Assembly (NCBI RefSeq): GCF_006345805.1
Contig: NC_043003.1
Coordinates: forward strand, 26,102,001-26,166,000
DNA: 64,000 nucleotides
Reading direction: 5' to 3'
Origin: Octopus sinensis
Taxonomy: Eukaryota
Part shown: piece after piece, positions 13,252 through 25,615 of the stretch
How positions within the stretch are numbered: position 1 is the stretch's first letter
How the letters are laid out: each line of letters opens with the position of its first letter
Notes under the pieces: generated by a model
Seen by the model: the letters and a program-made list of their open reading frames with translations, nothing else
Databases searched by the model: none
Told to the model about the DNA's origin: nothing
Made by a program: the position numbers and the translations under genes

Positions 13252-13340
13252 CCATAAACTATTCCTGCAATGGAACATTTTTTAAATTCCATGATATTTC
13301 TTGTTAAGGTTCCAGTTTTATCAGTGAATATATATTTGAC
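13252..13340 (-). CDS. ATP8A1: ATP8A exon k (89 bp): [30 protein letters not shown] (catalytic Asp)
   Basis: catttcag acceptor, gtaagt donor, phase 0/2; DKTGT phosphorylation motif. Confidence 0.96.
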
Positions 13341-13659
13341 CTGAAATGCATAAAAAAAAAATAAATAAGTATATTCAATACAGACATGTATCTATTCTTT
13401 TACTAGTTTTAGTCATCAGGCAGCAACAATGTTGAGATATTGCCTGCAAAGGATTTAGTCATCAATCACATGGACCTCAAAACTCGGTAATTATTTCATT
13501 GATCTCTATTTATTGACTGGCTAAGCTATATGAAAGGGTATGACTCAGCGATCCATATAACAAGGCATGGAGAAAATGGAAAGTAATAGTGTGAACGACC
13601 ATCACATATATAATGTATATATATATATGTATACATATGTATACATATATGTACATATG

Positions 13660-13962
13660 TGGAGATGCAATGGCCCAGTGGTTAGGGCAACGGACTCGCG
13701 GTCGTAGGATCGCAGTTTTGATTCCCAAACTGAGCGTTGTGAGTGTTTATTGAGCAAAAACACCTAAAAGCTCCATGAGGCTCCGGCAGGGTGTGGTGGC
13801 AATCCCTGCTGTACTCTTTCGCCACAACTTTCTCTCACTCTTTCTTCTGTTGGCCTGCTCGCTTAGCCAGCAGGGTGGCATCATATTAAGGCTAAAACAA
13901 TGCGAAGTGCATTGTGACCAGCGATGTGTAGCAACATCAGATAGCCTGGTCGGTCACGGTGA
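13660..13962 (+). mobile_element. tRNA-derived SINE, family C, within (TA/CA)n
   Basis: A box TGGCCCAGTGG, degenerate B box CAGTTTTGATTCCC, CpG-rich body. Confidence 0.65.
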
Positions 13963-14239
13963 TATGTACATCTATCTATATACATACATATTTATCAATA
14001 GTTTTCCAATACATTTGTATGCTGTTGTCCTCTTCCACATTTACTTCTTGCATGTCCATCATCACTGGTGCAACCAGAGTAGTACCGTGGAATTTTTAAG
14101 TCTTTGTTGTGTTGAAAGTATGCTGATTCTAGTTTCCCTGGCTGACGTGGATTTCCATGTTTGTCCTTTTCAGTTGTTTCCTTGCTGGATTCACAGTCCA
14201 TACAGCAGCCTAACATTATTGCATATGTATATATATATG

Positions 14240-14635
14240 TTCTTTTACTCTTTTATTTGTTTCAGTCGTTTGACTGTGGACATGCTGGAGCACTGTCTTT
14301 AGTCGAGCAAATCGACTCCAGGACTTATTCTTTGTAAGCCTAGCACTTATTCTATCGGCCTCTTTTGCCGAACTGCTTTGTTACAGCGACGTAAACACAC
14401 CAGCATCAGTTGTCAAGCGATGTTGGGGGGACAAACACAGACACACAAACACATATTTATACATATATACAATGGGCTTCTTTCAGTTTCTGCCTACCAA
14501 ATCCACTCACAAGGTTTTGGTCGACCCGAGGCTATAGTAGAAGACACTTGCCCAAGGCGCCACACAGTGGGACTGAACCCGGAACCATGTGGTTTGGTAA
14601 ACAAGCTACTTACCACACAGCCACTCCTACGCCTA
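14240..14635 (-). mobile_element. SINE family A
   Basis: Full-length match to the other copies. Confidence 0.85.
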
Positions 14636-15339
14636 TTATATATATATATATATATATATCTGTATGTATGTATGTATGTACAGGCATGGCTATGTGGTAA
14701 GAAATTTGTTTCCTAACCACATGGTTCCAGGTTCAATCCAATAGTATGACAGCCTGGACAAGTGTCTTCTGCTATAGTCCCAGGCATTATGATTGGATTT
14801 GGTAGATGGAAAATAAAAGAAACCTATCATGTGTGCGTTACTGTCTCTTTGCTTTGACATTGTGTAACAGGTGTAAACACCTGGTTATGGGCAAATATTA
14901 GCTAACTTGGAAACAGATGAAAGTTAATGAGATGAGTAACATCTGACTGTAGAAATTCTGCCTCAACAAAATTCCCTCCAACCCATTTTAACATCCAAAA
15001 GCAGTTGTTGAAATGATGACGAAAATATAACTTAGTGGTTTGGCAAAAGAGACTGATAGAATAAATAAGTACTGGAGTCAATTTGTTCAACTACAATTCA
15101 TCATGGTGGTGCCACTCCAGCATGGCTACAGTCTAATGGCTTCTCAGCTCAACCAATGTCTTCTGTGTTATTCTAGGATCTAAGACTTAAAAACATATGG
15201 TCTTGTCAAGCAGCGAAGATAATTATACATTATCCAGATATTGTTGGGAAACCAGTGCAGATAGATACAAGAGCAAATTTTTTCCCCGCACCCCCATCCT
15301 ACCAAACAAGAAAAGGCAAATAAAATAAATTTATCTTAC

Positions 15340-15417
15340 CTGACCCAATTCTTCATTAAGATTTGAGGTTCGGGCCATAGCTGGTGTGTCGGTAGCTTCA
15401 TGGTACAGATCAATATC
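15340..15417 (-). CDS. ATP8A1: ATP8A exon j (78 bp): [26 protein letters not shown]
   Basis: tttttccag acceptor, gtaaga donor, phase 0/0. Confidence 0.96.
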
Positions 15418-16944
15418 CTGGAAAAAAAGGGCAGCATATACTTTTATAAGCAAAAGTTCTTCTTAAGTACAGTAGACAAGGAAAAAGAACCAATCAATTA
15501 TGTTTTTGAATAGTGGATCTTGAAGTGCATAAAACTATAAATAATATCGCAAAGAGTTTTTCAATCCAATGTTTACATGTTATTACTCATAGCTTTATGT
15601 GCTTCAAGATCTGCTCCAATAAAAAAATTATTTTATGTTTTCTCAAAAATTTATAAATTCTCATAAATTATTTTTTTGTGTGTAATTCACAAAAAGAAAA
15701 GAATTAAGGATAATTCCTTCAATTGAACCCAGACTATAACTGGTATGATTTTATCAAATTCCCACAGAGAGGAAAGAACAAAGAGCAAAAATGCCTCTGG
15801 AGAAATATGAACAAAGATGTAAGAGAGCAAACAAGATGATGTAAAGCAATGAGAGAAAGATGGTGGTGGTGGGAGGAGGAGATACCATCAAGTAACAGGA
15901 CCCCAGTTTATTGCTGGTACCACATTTTAATGAACTCTACTCTGATGCATGAAAGGGCCAAATTAAAAGTGAGAGGAATTAGAATATGCCAGAAAACCAG
16001 TCACACTTGCATGCAAGAACACACGCGCGCGCGCACACACACAGGTCAATGACCAAGTCATCTGTGTGTTTGCTTGGCCAGCTTGAAATAGTAGCCAAAC
16101 TTCCCTTACATCACACCCAACAGCTTTAAAAAAGGAGTCATTCATTAATGTAGTCATAAATACAGTATGCTTGGCAGGTTGGGGAGGGGTAGAGACTAGA
16201 CAGTCACTTTTGGAAAACCTCTGATCATAAATTTTCTTGATCATAACCAACCAGGGGCTGAACAACCAGATATGTACACCTCTCTCTCTCTCTCTCCCTC
16301 TCTCACATACATACATTCCACACATATGTAAACCATTCAACACTGAATAGCTACCGAGAATAGACTTCTAACAATACCCTTACAGCAGAAACCACTTTAT
16401 TAAGTCAGCCATCCTCATCATAGCCATGTGTAACTTTTTATACAAAACCACCACCACCAGCAGCAGCACCACCAATAGTAGTAGTAGTAATAATGATGAT
16501 AATAATAATAATAATAATAATAATAATATTAATAATGATGATGATGGTATGAACATGAAGCATAGCAGAAAACAATTTAATTAAAAAAATAAAGAAATTT
16601 ACACGTACTGAAATAAAAATTCCAGCAATTATGAATGCAACAAAAAAATGAGTTTTACAATGAAAAAAAAAATGTTTCGGATATTATAAATGATCAAAGA
16701 CAATGATGATGATGATGGGGGGGGGGGATGCTGCGGGGTGGTGGCAAAATAGTGATAATGATAATGATGAATAAGTAATTAAAAATAATTCTACGCTCTG
16801 AGTATTAAAAATGAAAAAAAAAAAAAAAGGAAGTAAAAATAAGAAAAGTCTGACATAAAAGAAAAGGGGGAGAGGGGCCTTTAGTACTGCATTAAGCATA
16901 TGTCTGAAACTATCTTAAAGAGACCATAACAACAACAACAACAA

Positions 16945-17574
16945 CATCGTCCTTTCTACCATTGGCACAAGGCCTGAAATTTTGGGAGGAGGTGGGGCTA
17001 GTCGACTATATCAACCCCAGTACTTGGCTAGTACTTATTTTATTGACCCCGAAATGATGGAAAGCAAAGTTGACCTTGGCGGAATTTGAATTTGGAATGT
17101 AAAGATGGACAAAATGGTGATCGGCATTTTGTCTGGCATGCTAATGATTCTACAAGCTCACTGCCTTAATAATGGTTTCAAATTTTGGCACAAGGCCTGC
17201 AATTTCGAACAAGGGGATTACATTGACCCCAGTGGCATTTGAACCCTGAAAGGATGAAAGGTAGAATTTGAACTCAGAACATAGCTGCAGATGAAATACT
17301 GCTAAGCATTTCGCCCGGTGTGCTACCGATTCTGCCAGCTCACTGCCTTAATAATAATAATAATGCTTTGTAATTTTGGTGCAAGGCCAGCAGTTTTGTG
17401 GGAGGGGGCAAGTCCATTACATCGACCCCAGTACTTGACTGGTACTTTATTGATTGAAAAAATAGGAAAAGCAAAATTGATTTCAGCAGTATTTGAACTC
17501 AGAACATAAAGAGTAAGAATAAATACAGTGAAAAATTTTTAGTGACACACTAACAATTCTGCCAGTTCACCACC

Positions 17575-17613
<39 letters not shown>

Positions 17614-17755
17614 CTAATAATAATCCTTTCTACTATAGGCACATGGCCTGAAATTTGGGGGAGAGGGCTAGTTAATTACATCAATAACAGTGCTCCACTG
17701 GTACTTATTTAATTGACCTCGAAAATATAAAAGGCAAAGTTGACCTTGGTGAAAT
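16945..17755 (-). mobile_element. Head-to-tail array of about 4 SINE family B copies in (AAT)n
   Basis: Repeated ggcacaaggcc...gaccccagt...gaaaggcaaagttgacc...gaatttgaactcagaa units. Other arrays at ~8815-9120, 23240-23710 and 46715-47400; single copies at ~18420-18635, 19495-19710, 26030-26225, 29803-30020, 35930-36137 and 44055-44260. Confidence 0.8.
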
Positions 17756-20700
17756 AATGATGATGATGATAATAATAATAATAATAATAATAAAAATAAT
17801 AATATAGATCATTATAATCACATCAACTATAATTTTTAGAATGCTTTAATCATATTGATGCTATTAGCCAGTAGTGAATAAAGGAAAAGAATAAAAGAGA
17901 ATGATAAATAAGTAACAAAATAACAACAACAATAATAATGACAATAATGAACAAAAATTCCTTTTAATTCTTTGTTTCGTTCTGAAAAACCCCTGCACCG
18001 AAAGTAGCGACAAACAATGTAGAAAGTGTTTCAAAAATAGACTCCTCTCTTGTAGTGTTTGCCAACATAGAATAATATTTCACTAGATGGAATGGAAAAC
18101 AGGTTTGGATCAAGCTTCAGAAAGATTATTTGAGTGTAAAAGAGAATGGTAGACAAACAGACTCAGACAGATGTACTTGTCTTTTATCTTTTTCTTTTTT
18201 TCATCTCCTTTTAGTTCTTATTGTAAGTCCTAGACCAACTCTACTTAAATTGATCTCATGGCACAGAGAGATGATTGAATAAAACATTCGATCATTATTT
18301 CTAGTTGTTGTTTAGCCCCAGGGTGAACCTGGATAGAACAAACAATAACCAAAAGTAATCTAATTGTGACAATTCTGCTTCTCTTTTCTTCTTATAAGGC
18401 TGACAATATTTAAACCATGCAAAGGCAGTGAGCTGGCAGAAACAATAGCAGGCCAGGCAAAATGCTTAGCTGTATCTCGTCTGTCTTTATGTTCTGAGTT
18501 CAAATTCCACCGAGGTCGACTTTGCATTTCATCCTTTCAGGGTCAATAAATTAAGTACCAGCTGAGTACTGGGGTTGCTCTAATTCAATGCCCACATCCC
18601 CCAAAATTTCGGGCCTTGTGCCTAGAGTAGAAAAGAATATTTAAATCATGCATAGGTAACTTGGTGTGCAGCCTTTGAGGAGTTTCTAGGTTACTAATTT
18701 CATACTAAGACAAAATTTCATACGAAGACAAATATAATTAAGAACTGCAAAAAATTCTGTGTAAAGTGGGCAAGTAATATTTCATGCATATGTGTTTTAT
18801 GATGCAACCCTCTCCCACTTGGAAATGGTATGATGCGGCCTCTAGTTGATGAAAAGTTGCCCATCCCTGATTTAAATTGTCCTTCTTTTTAAAGATGCTT
18901 CAATGCATTTTGATGAACTGACTGCTATTTCAACTATACATAAGCTATCTTGTTGAGCAACTGTTTCTGATGTCAGGGTAAACTGTCCTAGAAATTGGGA
19001 CTCAAAATACATGGTTCATCATTCATATGCTTAATGGTTGGTTTTTTGATACGAGCATGGCTTAGATGGCCGGTAACTGAAGCAGGATTTTCGGAGATGT
19101 TCATTCTGGCACTATCCCTTGCTTATTTTCAAGTGAGAGAATTTTAAAATTATTTTTATTCCAGAGGAACTTGAAAGCATAGAGCTAGTGGACAATATGT
19201 TGACAGGAAATGTCAACAAATATCACCATTTGTTGCCTGGCCTCAAACAATGATGTCACTGCCTGTAGCCATAGCTCAGCGTAGGTTGCAAACATTCGCA
19301 CAGAAACGTGTATGCACATATGCAGATGTCTGTACATGCTTTTAGTCTCTGTCTGCTAAATTTTCTCATAAGACATTGCTTGGCCTTGACCTTATTTTCG
19401 AAACAGAAAACTTACTGAAGGAAACTTATTAGTTGATTGATATACATAGAGAGCACAAATAAATAGAATTACATTAGTTGAATTACTGATAAATTCTTTT
19501 CTTTTCTACTCCAGGCACAAGGCCTGAAATTTTGGGGGAGGGGGCCACTTGAGATCGACCCTAATACGCAACTGGTACTTAATTTATCAACCCTGAAAGG
19601 ATGAAAGGCCAAGTTGACCTCAATGGAATTTGAACTCAGAATGTAAAGACAGATGAAATACCGCAAAGCATTTTGCCTGGTGTGCTAATGTTTCTGCCAG
19701 TTCACCACCTTTACTGATATATTGTGTGGATTTAGGCTAAGGTCTAGAGGTTATGGTAGAGTTCAACAGATTTAAACAAAACAAAAAAAATACAAGGCCA
19801 TAAATTTTGAGATGGGGTAGAAATTGATCTCACAACCTTCTGATGGTGAATTCTATAGCCTATCACTGGGCCTTACACCATAAACATAAGAACTACTAAA
19901 CCTTTTACAAGTTGACAGACTAATAATCTTTTATCTCTAAAGAATATATTAAAATGGAAAAAAAAGACAAAGTTCACATTGGACAAGACCATAACTAAAA
20001 TCAAGGGAAACTCCACAGAGCTCGTGATCTGTTAGAAGCAGCAGCCATATCTCCACCAAATCATTACACTTTACTGCCTTAAACAAGGAAGGATATATTG
20101 AACAATGTGGTCCTTAGTACAGTGTACCTAAGACATGGATGGTATGGTCATAAGAGCAATGTCTGACTATGAGTCTGTTCAATTAGGGCTGACCAGGGGC
20201 CAAACAGGAAAATAGTTTATTTACAGATGTTGTTTCCATCACTGGACTGTGGCCATACAGGATCAACACATTGAAGGGTTTTGTAGAAGAAAAGAAAGAA
20301 AACAAAAACCCAATCCCAGTAATTTTGGTACATATTGTATTAGTCCTTTTATTTGCTAAACTGCCAAGTAGCAGGGATGTAAACAAACCAACATTTATTG
20401 TCAAATGGCTGGGGGTGGGGTATGGAAAACACACACACACAACAAGCTTCTACACAGATTCCAACTACCAAATTCATTCACAAAGCATTAGTCAGCCTTG
20501 AGCTATAGCAGTAGACACTTGCCCAAGGTGCCATGCAGTGGGATTGAACACAAAACCATTAGGTTGCAAAGCAAGCTTCTTAACTACCCTACCATGCCAG
20601 ATAAAGACGTTTTTTTTTTTTCCTTTTTAAAAATATTTTAGATATTTTGGTTTCCTCTAGACAGATGGTAATTACGTCTCGAGTTACACTCTGGTGTTAA

Positions 20701-23454
20701 ATCATATTTCAAGTAGCAGATGATGGTGATGATGATGATGATAACGATGCTAAAATGCATTAGAGAAAAAATTTAATGAGTTTCGAACGGATATGGATAT
20801 GACGAAAGAATGACTGTATTTTCTGAGAGGAAGACTCTTAATGGCCTTGCTCTCTGAAATAGCAGTTAGCCAATGGTGACTGGTGATGGTGGTGGCGGCA
20901 CTAGTTGTGGTAGTGGTGGTACATTGAAGATGAGGTGAGAGAGAGAGGGAGGTCCAGTTAAGCTTTGTTATCTGTCATCAATGAATATGGTCACTCAGTA
21001 TTGAGTAAGTGTGTGTGTGTATGTTCACGTGTGTCTGTGCGTATGTGTGCACCTAGCGGAGAAATACAATTAGATATTTTTAGAGCAGGAGTCATCCTGA
21101 CCCCAACCCCTGCCCTCCCTGCACACACCTGTAATATAGAAAGGAAGTACATCGGCAGGACTTAAAATTGCTGTTTCTATGCTAATGTTTATTCCACTCC
21201 TTTATTTAGTTAGTCACTGATGCATTTGTGGTTGTTATATTGTTTTAGCCCTGTGCAAGTGTTGATTCACACCTATGATTGAAGCCTATTCCAGCCGTGA
21301 TCATCCAGTTTCAGATATAGCAGCAGCGTAGCTTGGAATAAATTATCCAGTGTATCCAACTTTTTTTTTTTTTGAAAAAGGTTTATAGGGGGTTATTTTG
21401 ATCATATTCGGCTGCTATTTCTTGCAGATTAAGCAACTGAATAATAACTCCATAACAAAATTTAATGTGTTGCTATGATGGCAGTGAGGTCAGGGCCGTC
21501 ACCAGGCAGATATGATCAAGAGTATTTTAGCCATGATTGCTCTGTCTTTAATACAGACACAAAAGATATGGATGATGATGATGATGATGACAACGACGAT
21601 TATGATGTGTCAAGGATGAGATAAACTGCAAACTCCCTCTTCAAAGATGATAGAACTGTTGCTGTTGCAACTGTTTAACACTAGATTAACTTTATCAAAC
21701 AGACCTATGATGGAATTCTTTCCAACCATGATCATCCCATCTTTTACCTATGTGCAAAGAACCCAGGATCACATAAGTCAATGTGTCCCCTTCTAAGATG
21801 GCAGTGTGTGAAAATATCCTGTGGTATTCAGTCGCATCTCTTAATCACCTGGATTCAAATTTCACTCAAGTCAGTTTTGCTGTTCACTGCTCCGATTTCA
21901 CTGAATCAAGACTACCACAACTGAAAAGGGTTATATTACTCAATGATACACCTTCAAGCTGATGCTTTAGTGCGGCTGCACTCTCATGATTACAACTTGT
22001 AAAGCATTGAAATTATAATAAAGAGTAGGAGCTTGCTTAGCCCTGCCAAACTGAGATTTGAAAACGAATCTCCATACTTGTTGCTTATGAGACAACTGTC
22101 TGATTTCATTGTGTTTTATCTCCATGCTGGGAGGTTAATGAGAACTAGCTAACTTCCTATGACCTTTGCTGGTCACTGAAGAATCAGTCCTGACCTACTT
22201 CCTGTTTTAGGCCTGACCTACTTCCTGGCCATACCTGATATAACTGAGATCATCTTTCTCTTATTTGTCACTTAGAGAAGTATTTCATATCTGATCAACT
22301 GTTTGACTCAGCAAATTTAGTCCTTAAGCAGTTAAGCCAATCATATCCAGCCGAAATAATCTACCTGATTTATGTTTGATCAACCAGATCCTGCCTCGCC
22401 CCACCAGAATAATTCTAAAAGTAAACAATCGCGTCATCATAATCTTGAAGTTACAAGATAATGTATGATTATTTCAAAACAATGTGAATAAATAAGTGTT
22501 ACATCTGACAGAATGATGATGATCATTATCTAAGGCAAGTTAAAATTTACTTTCTGAAAGAATGGGCAGAGGATAAGGTGTCTGTCAGTGGAGATTAGCA
22601 GTTGAGGGTTCACACACAATACTCTAAGTAAGGTCAATGGAACTCTGGTCTTTATGGGAATGAGCAGAAGAAAAGGTATCAAGAACAATGTGAAGCTTCT
22701 GAGAAAGCATACAGATGGCTCTAGTTGAAAAGAGGCCACTGATGCAGTCAGTAAAACACCACTTGGACACAGCTCTTGGCTTGATCAACATAAGTCAGGT
22801 TTCCTGGATAAGGAGGTATGTTGTAAAACCTGAAACACTTGTGACCCTTCAATACAACATTGATGATCCCACCAGGTATTGCATCTGTAGATGTATGTCA
22901 AATTTATTTATCTTATTTCCTAATAATCATCATTGTCATTATCGTTTAACGTCCATTTTCCATGCTAGCATGGGTTGGACGGTTTGACCAGGGTCTGGGA
23001 AGCCAGTAGGCCGTACCAAGCTCCAGTCTGATCTGGCAGTGTTTCTACAGCTAGATGCCCTCCCTAACGCCAACCACTCTGTGAGTGTAGAGGGTGCTTT
23101 TTATGTGCCACTGGCACAGGGGCCAGAGAAGGCTGGCAACGGCCACGATCAACTGGTGCTTTTTACGTGCCACTGGCACGGAAGCCAGTCAAGGCAGCGC
23201 TGGCATCAGCCACGTTTGGATGGTGCTTTTTAATAATAATAATAATAATGGTTCCAAATTTTGGCACAGGACCAGCAGTTTTTGAGGAGAAGGGGCAAGT
23301 TGATTACATCAAACCACTTGACTGGTATGTATTTTATTGACTTCAAAAAGATGAAAGGCAAAGTCATCCTTGGTGGGACTTGAAATCAGAATGTAAAAAT
23401 GGATGAAATAACACTAAGCACCAGCATGTTAATGATCTTGGGAGTTCTTTACTT

Positions 23455-23490
<36 letters not shown>

Positions 23491-23729
23491 TGTTGTTTCG
23501 AATTTTGGTACTGGACCAGCAAATTTGGGCTGGGGTTTAAGTCAATTACATTGACCCCAGTGCTCAACTGGTATTTATTTTATCAAATCTGAAAGGATGA
23601 AAACCAAAGTCAACCTTGGCAGCACTTGAACTCAAAATATAAAGACAGATAAAATACCACTAAGCATTTTGCCTGGTGTGCTAATGATACTACCAGCTCA
23701 CTACCTAATAATAACAATGTCAACAGCAA

Positions 23730-24430
23730 AATGAAACCATTGATCATGTTGTCTCCATGTGCAGTCTTTTTGCACCTCCAGAGTATCTCAACAGGCATGA
23801 TATATTCACTTGCCCCATGATAAAAACTGGTGGGAACACAAACCACCTCCAGTGCTTGAAAACGATCACATCTCACTCATCTGGACCTTCACCATTCAAA
23901 CTTACAGAAAGATAGATGCAAACAGGCCAGACATCATATTGAAAGACTTCAGACAAAAATCATGCCTCCTCATTGATATGACTGTCCCCATCGATATAAA
24001 TGTATCTGTCAAGGCCTACCAAAAACTAAGCAGTATAAAGATCTTGAAATAGAAATTGGCAAAATGTGGAACCTGAAGACTAAAACAATACCTTTTGTCA
24101 TAGGTGCCCTGGGAATGATAGCAAAAGGGGCTGATTGCTACCTAGCTCAGATACTAGGAAACCCCAAAATGGCAGAAATTCAAAAGATAGAGCTCATGGG
24201 AACTGTCCATATCCTACGTAAAATACTGTCTATGTAATCTCAAATTTTAACACAAACTCATAATTTTCCTATGTTTTCTTAAACATCCTCTAGAACAATA
24301 CAATGTACAATACCAAATATATGACATCCTATATAACACCAACATGAACTTCTAACTTGTTGTCTCTTGAGGTCTCTGGGTGAGACTTGGAGCCAACTTG
24401 TACAAATACAAATCAAAAGTCAAACATAAT
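23730..24430 (+). mobile_element. R4/Dong-like LINE 3' end (restriction-like endonuclease + 3' UTR) inserted in (AAT)n
   Basis: WWEHKP...IQT.RKIDANRPDIILKD...CLLIDMTVP...KL.KYKDLEIEIGKMWNLKTKTIPFVIGALG; ends in (AAT)n. Confidence 0.85.
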
Positions 24431-24559
24431 AATAATAATAACAATAATAAATATGAGAACAATTTTGAGATGAGTAACCTAGCAACAAAAATAACACACT
24501 GCATTTATTTTTGAAGTGACTGAAAACAAATAAATGAATATTTTGTATTTGGGTCTTAC

Positions 24560-24687
24560 CCAGTTGATGAATATTGCTTGGATGAACTTGACCACTTCAA
24601 GGGTTACTTGGAGACTGATAGGGATCAAGTTGTTGTATAAAATGATAAATGTTAACAGGTTATATCCAAAATTGCTAGGGGTCATTT
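24560..24687 (-). CDS. ATP8A1: ATP8A exon i (128 bp): [43 protein letters not shown] (TM4)
   Basis: ttttcag acceptor, gtaaga donor, phase 1/0; PISL lipid-gate motif. Confidence 0.96.
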
Positions 24688-24771
24688 CTGAAAATAAATA
24701 AGAAAAAGATTATGATGACTACTAACAATAACAACAACAATAATAATAATAATAATAATAATGATAATAAT

Positions 24772-25410
24772 GATTTCTTGTATTTGCCACAAGGGCCACA
24801 AACATTTAGGACAATACAAAGATAAATAGTGGGGAGTTACATAGACATATGCAAACAATAAAAACAATAACTAATGAGAAATTTATAACAAGATACCCCA
24901 GTAGCAGGGTAGTACCACCCAAGGATAATGATGGAACCCCACACATCCTTGGTCGATGACAATTAAGAACAACACTAAGGAGCACCCTTCTCCTGTCTGT
25001 TCTCTCCAACCTACAGGCACCAACTTAGATTTGTGCACTCACTTGGACCATTCTTGCTACACTCACCCAACATTCAACAAATTTATTAAGGGGCAGCATC
25101 TCCCTCTTGACTTGTATCTTCTTTTTCAAGTGGAACTTTGAAAAAATGTCAATGAGGGTTGCGAAAAGAGGTAAGTCAGTCCTTTCAGTCTTGTCCACCA
25201 TCCAACTTCTTGTATCATAGCTATCAGGAAGAGAAAGACTGCCTGCCTTTCCCAGCCAAAGTAAGGGAGGCAGGGTGGTAGGAAAGTCCTGATTTGAAAG
25301 TCCTCCAGAATAGACCAGCCAGTCAATTCTCATCAATGCCCAATGGAACACCATAGTGGAGCTTCCCCAGACCACATTGCCTGACTGACAGAGGGCTGTG
25401 AGCACCTGAT
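24772..25410 (-). mobile_element. Tx1/L1-clade LINE ORF2 C-terminus and 3' UTR (degenerate)
   Basis: Frameshifted translation includes AVFLFLIAMIQEVGWWTRLKG and FHLKKKIQVKREML..KFVECW; ends ...cccttgtggcaaatacaagaaa. Clade assigned from recalled resemblance only. Confidence 0.55.
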
Positions 25411-25506
25411 GACAATAACAATAACCCTTTCTGTTATAGGCACAAGGCCTGAAATTTTGGGAGAGGGAACTATATATATAGATGTACATTCAGACACAGA
25501 ACATAC

Positions 25507-25615
25507 CTGCATATCCAAGATACCAATCCCTGTTCACATGATTGTGAGTCCATACAAAACTAGCAATGGCACTCAACAGCGACAGGCATATTAATAGCAC
25601 AAACAGGTTCAGGAT
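25507..25615 (-). CDS. ATP8A1: ATP8A exon h (109 bp): ILNLFVLLICLSLLSAIASFVWTHNHVNRDWYLGYA (TM3)
   Basis: cttctctag acceptor, gtatgt donor, phase 0/1; hydrophobic helix followed by DWYL. Confidence 0.93.

Noticed and set aside
13775-14302. 175-aa ORF
   Set aside because: It runs across a SINE body, microsatellites and the end of another SINE, and has no recognisable domain.
22738-22845. ctgatgcagtc...aaaac and ...acctgaaac hammerhead-like fragments (also ~57250-57270)
   Set aside because: Core and stems are too degenerate to distinguish from chance.
23240-24430. Idea that the R4/Dong LINE mobilises SINE B because both sit in AAT repeats
   Set aside because: Polarity is opposite: the LINE ends in (AAT)n while SINE B ends in (ATT)n on its own strand, and I see no shared 3' sequence.
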